The notes below the pieces were generated by a model, which was given only the letters and a program-made list of their open reading frames with translations, was not told the origin of the DNA and ran no database searches. Positions 19,991-32,995 of a DNA stretch of 64,000 bases are shown piece by piece (position 1 is the stretch's first letter; every line of letters begins with the position of its first letter). Origin of the DNA: Amoebophrya sp. A120 (lineage: Eukaryota > Protista > Dinoflagellata); contig CAJINV010000003.1 of NCBI GenBank assembly GCA_905178155.1, positions 7,266,372-7,330,371 on the forward strand, in the 5' to 3' direction. The position numbers and the translations under genes are program-made.

Positions 19991-22736
19991 TGTAGTCACG
20001 TTACGGAAAAGCTGCGAGCTTGGTTTTTCACGTTGTCGCGCTTCTCCCACCACGAAACATAGCCACGTGACGAGTCAGGACGACTTCTATGCGGAAGTGC
20101 AACTCTCGTCGTGCTCGTATTATCGCCCGTGGCCTTATAGTGTGGTAATTTCACACAAGCTTGGCTAATACGTCGTCAGCGTCAAGCGGGGATGTAAATG
20201 ATGTTGATGAACACTTCTTAAGCCTTTTTCACGATGAACTAGAGTCGGCGTTTTTCAAAGATGAGCCGGCACAATATAACAGGTCCACCCTTGAATGCTG
20301 GTCGTTTTGGCCGAAAACAACTGCCGCGGCTTCTTGCACTCGTGGTCCAATGGTTTCCCGGCAAGAAGATGTCCTCGGGGCTTTTCGGCAAACTTAATAG
20401 AAACCAGTTGCGCGTCCACTGGAGCAGCCAATAGATGCCTGTGCCCGCAAAAAATAGCTTACGATCACGTCAGAGGAGCTTCATTTGAAAAAAGACTCCA
20501 CCGGCAACTGATTCTGTCATAGGAAGAAAAATACTCAGTCATGCAGCAGGAGGGGCATCATTCTTTAGAGCATGTTTTGCGAGTAGAGATGCGTTTTCAA
20601 AAAAAACCAGCACAGGCACCATCAGCTCCTACATCTTCGCTTGGAAATGTAATGGAGGAAAAGTAGAAGTTGAAGTTTGGGTGCCTACCTCTCATTCACA
20701 TGCTCAAGAACAAAAAAGGGGTGTGAGTGCTTTTGTGGGGGCAGCAGGGGTAATTAATGTGTTTTGAAAGTGGCTGGAAAATTAAATGGCAAGCTGATGA
20801 TCAAACTATCCACGGTAGGAGTGGACAACAGACAATCAAGAAAAGATGATCGGCACAAAGAGTAGAACCGATCGACTTTAGCGTTGCTCTTTTGATTGGA
20901 GGGATAGTTGCAGCTTATATGTCCTAGACCACTCTCGCACTCGCTCAGAAAACCTTGTTTTGAAAAATGCCGTTCACTCTTTGCCACACCCTCTCCAAAT
21001 CACACACATCTCACAAAAAATACTTGTGAAAAAACAGAAAATGACGTGAAAATCAAACAGATTTTTGCATGTTCGTTTTTTCTCATTGGTTTGCCTGGTG
21101 TGGGAAGATAGAAATAATCCGACTTTAGGACTCTCGCCAATTTCACGACCGAGACATGATGCTGGAACCAGAGACAGAACACGATCATTACATGCATGCT
21201 GTACCTTCAGACAACCATTCCACCAACCCGCTAAAAATCTGTTTCTGTTGGTCAAAAGAGCTCAGAATGACCGATTGATTCTGGTGTTTTTGTCAGAGTC
21301 TAAGAAAGAATGAGCAAAAAACTATAAATATCGTATCTTCTAGAAATATTTGAGAAACCATAAATTCGGTCTCATCGAATTGGGAATATTGGTCAGTAGC
21401 TGCTTGCTCATGCACAGACACCCCAGATGGCTCAGGCAACAATCAGACGATCCAACGAACGAAACTACCTAATAAAGCAAAGAGACAGAAACCAAAAAAT
21501 TAACACAAACTTATTGATTCAGACGATTTAATGATCAGAAATCTTGTATATACGCTATCTTTTAGCAGGAACCTGTACAACAGAAACAAAGTAGCACATT
21601 GGCCATGTGCATTGAAATTGATTTTTCAGCACCAATAATTGATACAAAAAAGGAAAGATTGAAAAGGCGTCCTCGGTCGTCGTCGTGAGTAACAAAATTG
21701 AACTTTTTCTTTTTGTGTCCGCCACAGAGTATGTAATCGAAAGAGACTACAGAGGACCACCTTTCAATGTAAGTTTATCTTTTTAAGTTTCGACAGACCC
21801 AAATAGCAATAAAACTGCATCAACTACCAATCAAATTATCTCCATGTATATCTAGTCGCAAAAATCAATACGCAGATAGATGAAAACTGATACGAAGAGA
21901 AAACAAAGGAAAAGGATCTCGAAAAAAAAGCGCCCTGCTGTATCCACCATGAAGAGTAGCAGAGGCGAGGGCGAGTCGCTGTCATATTTGTAAAATTGTA
22001 TTATGAATAAATGTCATCAATACGAGCCAATCAATACTTTCAGTTCTACAACAAAAAACGCAAAATCCATCAACTTGTTCGAAAAAGTTCCGTATCCCAC
22101 AAGACAATCGATATCGAATGAACGCGGTTGCTTACGTTGAACAAACAGCGTTCCGACATTTCCGAATGAAGAGTGACTCTCGGTAAGCAAAAATGAAAAA
22201 GAGGAATCGACGCCATGAAGTAAGGCTCGCAAGCAAAGCCTTCTGATGTGCCGGACAGAAAGGCTAAAAAGTTTCTGGTCAACGTCGTCCTCGACGGCGA
22301 CATAGTATACGGAATCGGCCATGGCCAAGGAACGCGAGCAGTCCGTTGCGAGGCTGTATTTCTCTTACTTAGCTTGCGGTAGGAGCGATAGTACGTAAAT
22401 CGAGAAGTTGTTAGAAGCAAAACTCACAACAAGGCTGGTTCGGATTCAGATTCTTGAGGTTGTCGCGGCTTTCTGTAGTTTTCCCCATTTTGCATGGGGA
22501 ACAAAACCAAACAAACCATGAAGCGGTCAACATACCACGTATCGCTTTGTCATGAGAATGATACATACTACAGCCTCGTCCAGCAGGAGAGAAAGACCAC
22601 CAGCGAAGCAAGAGTATCAACATCTGGATCTCGTGCGCCACTTTCTAGCAAACCAAAGACTGGTAAACTAACCTTCCGATTCAAGATTTCCAAGAACCAC
22701 GTGGCAGATTGAGATGGTACCATGAAAATAATTCCT

Positions 22737-25700
22737 CTAGACTCTCCAATCACTCGAGGATCCTGGAGGTGGAGGCCCGCCGCCTCCGTTGAAATGCGAG
22801 TAATCCATGCTGGGAGAGGAGGAGCACGAGGATGTGGACCTGAAGAGCAGAAAATAAAAATGCGTGGTACCAGCATTCGTACTGAAGCAAATGCGTGTGA
22901 CAATAAAGTGCAGCAACGTTCCTATTTGACTCTGCAGCTTCACGACACACACCCTCTCACGGATGAACTAGTAGTAAACCATACAATAGATTCTAGATCC
23001 TCTAGTTGTTTTTCATCTCTGTATATTGTGTTGATGTGGACTTATTCATATAAGAGGCACAACTACCTCGAAAGTGGCATTGAGCTGCTCATCGGGGGTG
23101 CGAAGAGTGTTGGCGGAGCAGGGGGCGGCATTAGAATAGTCCCTGCTCCCGACGTCGTGGGCGGCGCATTTAATATTCCGCTGGACAAGGACGAGGGGTT
23201 CGAGGAGGTGGCGGCTCCAAGCAAGGTGGACAAGAGTCCATTCGCGGTGGACGACGACGAGCAAGACGATGCTACGTTCGTGGTCGGCGGGGCGGGGATG
23301 AGTTCCAAACTCTTCCACAACTCATCCAGATCCGCTGAGGTTGACGCGGACGTGTCCCCGTGGTGATGCTGCGCTTGGTGATGCTCCATCGGAGGTGCCG
23401 CACGACAGGGCGAGGAACTCGCGACGGCGCCATGCGTTGACATGCCGTCCCCAATGGCCCACTCATTCAACCAGTTTTTCCATTCCGACTCCGAGTACTG
23501 TAGTGCAATCATTTTTTAAATCGTTTTTGGACCTGGTGCTCTCTCCGGCCTTAGAGCTTACCAATCAATACTCAAAAGCGTCCAGCACTTGCTCTTATGC
23601 TCCCTCCTGTCACTACCGGCCATTCTTGGAAAAAAAAAACGATGGATGCGCAAAGATTACCTCATCGTCCTTCCCACCGCCAGGCGCCATGCAGAGATCT
23701 TTATCCGCGCTCGAATGATTGGCATTCAGGTAGTCATTACGCTTATGCAAACATCAAAAATCTGCGCTCGACGGATTCCAATCTTATGGCAACAGGCAAC
23801 TTTCATTTCGCATGCCGTGATCATAGTGCTTCAGTGATGACTTCCACAGGAGTTGCGTGCATGTATGAGGATCTTCGTCTTCAAAACTTTATACTTAAGG
23901 TTTAACTCTTTAGAAATACGTCGAGCTGAAAGCACGCGATTCGACGCATACACATAGTCAGACATCCACGATGAGACACCATGACCACTATTCCCAGCAC
24001 CAGAAACAGCTCCTGATAATAGTTCATCATTGCTGTACAGTCATGCCCGTGTAAGGCGAAGGCTGCATTAACGTATGTGCATTTTGAAGAGAAGTCCACG
24101 ACGAGCCCATATAGACATTAATGCTGGCCTGGTGTCTCTCGTTTCTGGTTCTGCCCACAAAAACTACATAGACAGAGACAGAGTCACAGTGTGCAGCAAA
24201 AGCAATCGCGGTTTAGCCATATAAATGTAAATGGTACTACAGCGTACCAGCAAGCGCGCTCCCGATGATCGCACTGGAGTTTCCACCCATCTGTCCGAAC
24301 AGGTGGTGAGACTTGCCCTTCATCAACGAGGTCAGAATATCCATGTTTTGCTGGTGTAAGCTCGAGGAAGATCCAGGTCCACCATGATTCGAGAACCCCG
24401 CACCAGGGAGTCCCACCGCTCCGGGTGCCACGCGATCGGCTGTTCCGGTGGCGCCAGGAGCTCGGGGGTTTCCAGTGCCGAAGTCCCCCTTTCCGCGATA
24501 GTTCTCACTGGTCGCGCCGTGCTCCATCATCTGATGTAACGACGGGAAGGTGCTTTTCCCACTGGCCGGGTGTGAGAATGGCCCGGGGCGATTGCCGCTC
24601 CCGAGAAATTTTCCGTACTTTCCACCTCCTCCGCGGAGCGCGGCCTGATGAGCGGCCGCCGCCGCAGCGCCGCCGGCCCCGTAGCCAGAAGTACCGTTCG
24701 CGACGTTTTTCATCTGCCATGGGGGCTGCGCTTCAATTTGTTCCCGGTTTCCCTTGCTGTTGTAATGCAGGTATCCGATTTTCCCTTCGGCCGCAAGCTG
24801 GGACCACCGCTCTTCAGGATTGTACCGCGACCTTGGTGGCGGGCCCGTTTGGTAGTAGTGCATTCCGGGACCACTCAAGTTGTGTGCCCGAGTCGCTCCC
24901 GAGGGGCCGTTACTACCGCCGCCGTTGTAATGACCGTACCCCCCGTGACCGTGGTAGGTTCCGTAGCCGTAGCCGGCGCTGTGGTTGCCGCATATGCATT
25001 GCAAAGAAAGCATCGCACTCGTTTTGCATTACTACACTTACTCAGGTGGTCTGTGCAGATTCAGGTCTGTCATGCAGCTGCACGTTAGATCATACGCAAT
25101 TACTACGGCTACGATACTTCTGCACAGGATACCGTACGACCCGTGTCGATTTTGGTACCAGGTCGCCCGCGCATCTTTGGTATGCGCGCCAGATCCGCTG
25201 TTCGCGGAACCACCAGTCGCATGAGCGGAGCCGTTCTGCTGATCAACTCCAGCGGGGCCGGGGGGCTTGCACACGCCGTTAGACGAAACGGCGGCTGTCG
25301 TGCCACTGCCGCGTCCAGCAGCCCCGGCGGATTTTTTGTTGGCGCCGCTTGCCGGTCCAGCTTCGGTGCTACTTCGTTTGTTCGTTCCACCAGCTGCTGC
25401 TGCGCCAACAACTCCATCAACCTTTGCTCCTCCAGTACTATCCACCTCTCCTGCACTAGTACTAGTGCCAGGCTTCGTTGCCGTCGCTCCTGTTCCTGCA
25501 CTCTCTGAGGTCGCTGTCGTGGTGCCATTATTGTTATCATCACTTGTCAACACGCTCTCCGTATTGGGGGAGGACTCCGCCGTAGTGGTTGGAGATGTTC
25601 GGCTAGCGGCGCCTGGAAGCGGCTGCAGCAGTGGCGAAGACGACGCGTTCGAAACGACGGAGGTTCCCGTTGTGTTTTTCGACCGCCGCGGGGGTGGTGG

Positions 25701-26937
25701 CAGGACCCCTGTGGACTGGATCAGCCTCGCGCGCTTACTCTGCGGCGATCGGGACTCCGGTGAAGCGGTTGGCCCGGCTGCAGGTGGACGCTGCACCGGG
25801 TATAGAAAGACACAAAACGTCCTATCACCTTTAATTATATATTCATGTCACTCTTCGTCTCTATATCTTTCTATGATTTTCACCCATGCCCATCATTTTC
25901 GAAAATTATAAAGATAAAGAAGAAGAACCGATTATAGAGCTGATACATGCAGGCGTTTCTTTGCTCTCAACATGCACTTGCACATGCTACATGCTCAGAT
26001 CAAGAACAAAAGAATATTTGTTTTTCCTGAATCTGATAGTGATGGACTGTTTGCAGCTATTGTTTCACTTTCATACAACGGGCGGGGACTTCATCAGGTC
26101 CTCCACGGAGATATTCCCTGAAAATTAACCATCCCCATCCAATTTGTCATGCAAAACATGTAGTAAAAAGTGTGTTTGCCATGCAAAAAGTGGATGGGGA
26201 TGGTTAATTTTCAGGCGATAGGAAATGAGGCCTCCTGCCCCCAGCGGAGGCGCGGTCTCACTGCTTGGCGCGAGGGCGGCGAGGGGAGCTGCGATTACAG
26301 CAGGTGCTGTAGGTTGCACAGCATTTATTTCGCCACTGCTGCTGACAGGAACAGTAGATGTCGCGGCACTTATAACCTTAGAAGGGGATGTTGTCGCGAC
26401 GACTTCCTCCTCATGAACATTCTGCGCGACCAGATCATCTTCACTGCAAACACCTCCTTTTCTCGCCAGTGCACTATCAAACTCCGGCTGTCGTTCCCCA
26501 TCTTCAACATCTGCTTCTCCTACACCGGGAACAGCTGCACCAACATCGTGCGTTGACAAGGAGGGTTCATTTTCCAACGGTCGGTCCTGGTCCTCAGTAG
26601 CCGCGGAGCCGGCGACGTTGCTGTCTTCAGCCCAGTGAAGTTGCTCGTCTTCACACTTGTCGTTGTGGTCTACGACTTCCACAGGTTCATCATCACAGTC
26701 ACGCAAATCTTGGGCCGACCCGTTCATCATGATGCTGGTGCTGTTTTCGTCACCGATATGGCTGTGGTCTAGGCACGTCGTACTCCCCGGCCCCACAGGT
26801 CCCGCCCCGACTGTGTTGGCAATCGCTGGTGAACCAATCTGCGCTCCTCGCTCTTTGTTTTGGAAAGGAAACATCACGAATCGCTTTTGCTCTTTCTTAA
26901 ACTCGCGACGCGACGAGTGGTCACGTGCTCGCTCCAA
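22737..26937 (-). CDS. Hypothetical multi-exon low-complexity (G/S/A/P/H-rich) protein; 5' end uncertain
   Basis: GC-rich open segments (26937-26217, 26117-26077, ~25790-25138, ~24978-24241, ~24032-23954, ~23742-23661, ~23497-23068, 22839-22737) are separated by AT-rich gaps. They join in frame with GT-AG introns plus one GC-AG intron, ending ...GSSSDWRV-stop. No domain recognised. More exons may lie at 27-29 kb. Confidence 0.6.
26117..26215. repeat. Perfect 25-bp inverted repeat bounding a 99-nt GC-AG intron (introner-like)
   Basis: cctgaaaattaaccatccccatcca (26117-26141) is the reverse complement of tggatggggatggttaattttcagg (26191-26215); pairing continues imperfectly inward. Confidence 0.85.
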
Positions 26938-29900
26938 AGGACCGCAAATGCAAAAATAAAATTACAACGCATAGTCTTCCTTATCCATGAAATCAGTCGG
27001 GAAAACGATGGTTGAAGTAAGTTGCTCTCGCTTGTTCTCGAGAAGCACCGCTGGCCGCTCTGACAACCACGCGCACTTTGGGCCTATGTGTTATTGACGA
27101 TACATCATCGATCAGTGAGCTAAGAAAGCGAACTAAGCTTATTCATCGCGGCTTTATTCATTACCATATGGGCATCCGCCACCTGTCATAATGAGTGGAT
27201 GATTCAGTCATTCATCATCGTGAAGATTTTGTCCTTAGTTAAAGATTTATCCGCATGCTGATTATATCGATCTTCCTATTTCCATCATCTCCACAGCGAT
27301 ACACACGTCATTCATCAAGTACCCCACAGTTGTCGTCAAGTAGGTCTACTGCACTTTCTCTTTGGACGAAAAAAAAAAACAAAGAACAACCTTTTTTCAA
27401 TTCATAGCCTCTGTGAAGTTGCAACTTCAGTTCCGATTAAGTACCTTCGGTACTCGGCGTTCCATGGATTTCCGCCCGCCCCTCAAACAGGTCATTCTTA
27501 TGCTTGCAATGAAGTATCCTGTCAAAATCCGACCGAGCCCCATCGACACTTGCTACTCTCGTCTTGCTGTGTGTTCACTTTTTTCTTCAGAGCCGTTGTC
27601 TCTTTCGCGCATGCATGTGCATCTACATTCGTTTCTCATCCATAAGACTGAAAATTTAGTTTTTGTCGGTCATGCTTATGAGCAAGAAGTTCGTTGGACT
27701 CACATGCAGAACTCGCTCTGGATACCGAAGAGGTCGCTGTTGGTAGAATCCAGTTCCGGAGACGTGCCACTGGTGATGCTACTGTAAAAGTAATCGTTTC
27801 AGAAAAAATAAAAACTGTTTCAAATACCATCACGAAGATCGTCGTGACCGTGAGTTCATCAATAATGCTAGCATGTGCATGGCCGGGTGGCCGGGTTGCC
27901 GCGAAACAAAGCGGTTGCTCTAGGTGCTCTTCTGTGTCTTTATACAAGCACTTTGCGAACAGAATAAGAAAAATTGCAACGAGTATAATCAAATGCACTC
28001 TGTCTTCGCCGTTTCGCAGCTACTGGGGTCTTCGTTCACTGCAAATACCAACCCATCCACGGCCGAAGGGAAAGGGTTGCGCTTCTTACCTGGAATGCGA
28101 CGAAGTATTTCGTAGAAGAAGTATATTTTCGCGCTCGAAAGTTCGCACCTAGGTATCGGCTTCTTGTTGTCCCGTTCATATCATGACAAAAATGTTCATC
28201 ATGTAGTAATTGTTCCCTTTTCTTTTTCAATTTCTGCAAAGTACCGATATTACTTTCGCATGAACGAAGCATTTACTACAGCTACTGCTACACTACGTGT
28301 TATTGAATAAGTAAATCACTAAGAGTACTGGATGAGAGCTCTTCCAACATCAAGGAGTGGAGATTCTTCGAATTTGATAGCGACTCGAATGAAAAGGTTC
28401 GCTTGGCGCAAGTGCGTCCACCTCCCCGTTTTGGCTGTTGCTGAGTACCTCCACACGATGAAGACCCGTTCATCGACAAGGCTTGTCGCGATGAAGACCA
28501 AGACGCCGTAATGGAGATGTCTGCAAACAGACAACTGCCCGCACTACATCGACCAAGCGAGGCATTTGTATGCATTGCAAATATGTCTGGGTCTGGAAAG
28601 ATGCAAACTTAGGATGCGGGCTCTGGAACAAGGAAAGATGATGAAAATCTGTGTTCCTGCATTAGAGTCAATAGAAAAAGAAGTGCGATTTTTGTCCTCT
28701 CCAGATGCAGACTGACTAAACGCGGCAAAGCCTCCGCAGAACATAATCTCATGCTCTGTGAGGGAAGCCAGACATTCTTCCAGATGCAGAAACGGCAGGA
28801 AAAGTGTCTACTTCCTTCCACACGCAGACATCCTTGCGGTTAATAACTTGTCGAGTCTGCCAATCTTGGCCTTTCTCGTAAGAAGTATGTCCACGTCGAT
28901 CACAATTTCAGCCAGGCTCCCGTCGTTGCTTCCGAAGATCGGTCAACGAGGTCTGGGCGCCTTGGTCGCGATGTCTCTCAAAACATGGATGCTCGAGGCT
29001 TGTCGGTGCCTATGCTGCCGTTCGCCAGGCAAGCACGAAGAAGACAATAGAGAAAGACCACGGATAACGACAGGAAATGGAAAGATGACCAACCAGGATT
29101 TCCTGCGTATCTTTTCCGTTATTTCAATTGAGGAAAGCGGTGTTGGATATACTTTTACTTTGTTTCACTCGTCGTCGTCCTTAAGTTGCTCTCACTCCAT
29201 AATGTACTCAAACTGGAAGAAAAGAGCGCGATAGTATTGGTTTTTGCCTAGAAGCAGCACACACAGGACTAGTCTGCAATGACACACAGACAGGCCGAGC
29301 GGGATGGAAATCAATGTTAACCGAAGTTGATGAAGGTTGCCTACGAAACATACATCAAAATATACAAAGAAAGACCGCGCTCCTGTCGGAGGTGGGAACA
29401 CTCGGGTTCGGATTCGGGACGAAGCTAGCGTGCGAATTACTACGCACTGCAACTTTGACGCACACCAACGCGTATACAGGATTAGCGTGTTTGCGATCTC
29501 TGATCTTCTTGCTCTTTGTGTGAGCCAAGCCGCAAAGCCAAAGTCAGTAGTACTGTAAAAAATTAGAGTCCGAAAAGATAAACAAGTGAATGTGAAGTTT
29601 TGTTCTTCAACACTAAATTACAACGAGAGTATCTTACTAGCAGTCTTTCATGGCAAGTGAAAGGAGTCGGGCTTGCTTCTGGTTCATGCCCTTCTCAATC
29701 CACTTGTTGCACAAAATACTGACGACATTCATCTTTCTTGCGCTCCACCTTGATGTTTGTAGCTTGTTTCTGCAGTGGCTGCACTTCTTTTTCGCCTAGA
29801 AGTAGATCACTGGTCGCGGATCTTCCTGCTAGAAGAGAGAAGAAGTTCATTTTTCGGCGCGGAAGCTCGACACATCACATTCAGCCTGTCGGTGTAAAAT

Positions 29901-30298
29901 ATCTTCTGGCTCTGGCGACAATATCTAGTGACTCTTATATATTCTTTTCGAATGGTGCGGTACATAGATAGGTCTGCTTTTGATCTGGCCGTAGCTGCTG
30001 TTCTTTCCAAGCGAGTTAAAACCGGATCTCAATACACCCCGCTCGGGCTTGATCTTGTTCTTCCTCGCCTGGAAACTATCAAAAATCACGCTGCTCTCTC
30101 TGTCTCTTTAGTGACTAGGTTATATTTTCTTTATATTTTCTGAGGTTTCATCCTTTCTTATTTGTTTTTGTATTTGTTTGAAGTAGTCAAAAGGAATTTT
30201 ATTAGAAGGTGTTAATGTCCTTACAACGAAACTAACGATTGATGCTTCAACATTTACTTTGCGAGTGGTATTATACGCAACACTCACAATAAGTCGAG

Positions 30299-32995
30299 TT
30301 AGTTTTCCAGCACTTTCTTGGTTTCCGCTTTTCGGTTGTACAGGACGTTAAAAAAGTATTCAACCTCCAACAAGCCGTCTTCTGGTAGATCGGTGCAGTG
30401 CACCGCATTCTCGATGCGGTTGCTACCAAACTTCGCCCGCAGCGTGTTCGGTCGCAAATGCGCCGCTACCTCTGGATCAATGGGACCGACTAATTTACCT
30501 GTATGTGCGAAAGCCGGGCATGAACGAAAAATGGTAAGGACCGCTTACAACTACAGGGTCTAAAAAGATAAATGTGCTTTTCCACGATTCGCCCCCCATT
30601 GAGCAGCAGACCTAGCACGAGCCAGCATGAGTTCGTTCATCCTGGTCGGGATGGTGCGAAGGAATCTAAATGGAGTCTCCATTCAGATAGATTCGGACCA
30701 CCGACCACCTCCTCCACCACACGACACAGACAAAGTGCTAATGCACTTTCAGCAATGTCATGTGGAGGTGGAAGAGTAACGCTAGACACGCACCTCACAA
30801 ATATTACGTCTATACAAATAATCAAGTATTCAGAAAGAAGTGAGCAGTACGGAAGCTCTCGACGGCATTTTCCTGGCGAATTTCCATGACAAGTGCGGGC
30901 CCGGACGCGAGCTCTTCGACGAGGTCGTGATACTCTGGGAGGATTCCTCGGTACACTTCCATGAACTCTTCGGCCAAATTCTTTTCAAGCGTCCACAGTT
31001 TCATCGCACTAATCTCGAAACCCTCTTCGAGTATTCGGTCGACGATGGGACCGGCGTGACCCTGAAGTTATAGTCTTCTTTTTGATAGATTACTTATACT
31101 TAGATACAGAAATTTATATAAAATGAATGCAGTTCATCTGGACAAAAAAATTCTTGTCCGCATCGCAAAGGGAAAGGCTTCTTCACACAACTCACGTAAA
31201 TCACACTTCAATCATCGGAACGAAACTAGAACAGCATCGCTTGAAACTCGATCCAAGCCCTTCTCGAAGATAAGTACCGACGTGACCGCATGCGGCTTGA
31301 CGATTCCTACCGTGCAGTTGTTAAAGATGGCTGTCGTGGGCAGTTTGTTCTCCTCCCCAAAAAACAAGTTCAACTCGCGCGCCGCACTGCCACTGCTATC
31401 GCTCCCGTGCGCAGCATTTCGTGTTCCGTCAGTGCCGAACCGCGCGCGGATGGATCCGGGTGCCTCTTCCCTGATGTAATTGCATCGTTTTCTGCGTACG
31501 TGCCGATCTAAGTGGTGCGATCGACAGTTCAATGATCATAAAACTACTTCATCTGTGAAGGATTTTTCTCCTTCGAGAGTACTGAATTTGAAGTTCATAA
31601 ACAGGAGAGAACTGCTACTGTTCCTTAGCTGACGGATTCAACCTCAAAAACGAGAGAGATTCCATGAACTTTCTTACTGTGCTTTTTGTGTGTTTGTTGG
31701 CCCCATCAGAGACCTCCACGTGGACACTGCGTTCTTTCCGATTAACTCCATGGCTACGCAAACGTCAGACGTCATGAAGTTCACCAGGTTCTCGTAGAAT
31801 GGCTTGCCTGTGCGACAAAGATTTCTATGATTTTGTTGACCACATGCAGTACCAGCATCATCGTCAGCTTTAGAAGATGAAATCACTCTGTCTTCTATAC
31901 TTAATTCCAGCACATAGTAACAAGTAGGCCATACCTTTGTGTTCCGCGTACTGCTCTTCGGCAAAGCCCTTCGTCATCTTCAGCATCTGCAACTTTGATA
32001 TGACTAGCCCATGCTCGTGGATGAGCTCGATTATCTTACCTGAAGGGAAAAAAGTCGAAGGTCGTGCTCCACGAACTCCTTGATACATGTTGCTGAATTT
32101 ACAAACAGGATCACAAAGACTAAGACAATTCTACAGCATTGCGTGTTCTTTCACGAATCGTGTGTTACGAATGCAGCTGAAGAAGAAGCTCACCGATGTG
32201 CTGGTATGCATCTGGCTTGATGAGCGCTAGCGTTCTGGACTTCTCCGATATAGGAAGATAAACAGAGCAGACCGCACGCGTATGTCAACCATACTGCTTG
32301 TCTACTCTTTCAACGATCGTGAGTGAGACTGCACCAACGTACGTGTTGTCTCAGTGACAGTGTAAGCAAATTCGCAGTGCATGATCATAAAAAAAGCAAA
32401 CGACGCGAAGAAAGGTGCGTGGCTCCGTGACTCTGGTGTACGGATTTGAGCAAGAGTACTGTACGGCACTCGTGACAATATACGAAACTCCTGGGACTGT
32501 CCTGTTTCTCTTTTCGTACGCTCTTCAAATATGTTCCGTGTAAACACGTCGCAGTAGTCCACGATTCTCATATGCCTGCTGTGGATACCTGTGCGATTTG
32601 TTTCCGTTGGGTTTTATTTTTAGAAAAATTGCTTGGGGCGTGCGCGTCGCTGATGTAAATTTTATTTCACTCATATTTTGGAACATCTTACTAGCTATAG
32701 TTTTTGGTACCCAAACGACAAGAAAAAATCAGAAAATTTATGCGAAACAGGCACTGAAAAGTCGGGCAAAGATGCTACGAAAGGCAATGACTCCAATACA
32801 GAGCGTGCTTCCGAGATAAAGTTTATCTGCTGTGACGGAGGGGCAGTGGGATCGTTTCAGGAAAAGGCGCTTGGCCTTGGTGTCGTACAGTTCGATTGTA
32901 TTGTCCTTTGGGTAGAAGGTGAATTGGTAGTATCGGATCAGCGACGCCCCGCCGTCGAACCATTCCGTCTGAAAGACGTACCGCTCGTCTACCAT
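30299..32995 (-). CDS. NME7: Nucleoside diphosphate kinase 7 (DM10 plus two NDK domains), 8 exons, about 384 aa
   Basis: Exons 32995-32800, 32588-32520, 32244-32194, 32039-31935, 31807-31678, 31470-31278, 31061-30851, 30498-30299 (1155 nt). N-terminal DM10 (ERYVFQTEWFD...FYPKDNTIELYD...FLKR), TLALIKPDA, RARFGTDGTRNAAHGSDS, CTVGIVKPHA, RPNTLRAKFG..ENAVHCTDLPEDGLLEVEYFF. Confidence 0.93.

Noticed and set aside
20100-22700. Short ORFs, for example MADSVYYVAVEDD (22017-22328)
   Set aside because: AT-rich, no domains, and no consistent exon chain; treated as intergenic or UTR.
24107-26076. Apparent class of GT...TATAnnGG (GT-GG) introns at 25796, 24988 and 24107 (also 39200)
   Set aside because: Each has a canonical solution using a nearby AG or an alternative GT (ggtgcag|CGT, ccacag|C, CT|gtagta), so a GG-acceptor class is unsupported. 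Only the NME7 junction remains anomalous.
27360-29560. Exon-like GC patches (VWKEVDTFLPFLHLEEC..., SFESLSNSKNLHSLMLEELS)
   Set aside because: Possibly 5' exons of the 22.7-26.9 kb gene or a separate gene, but I could not build a consistent frame.
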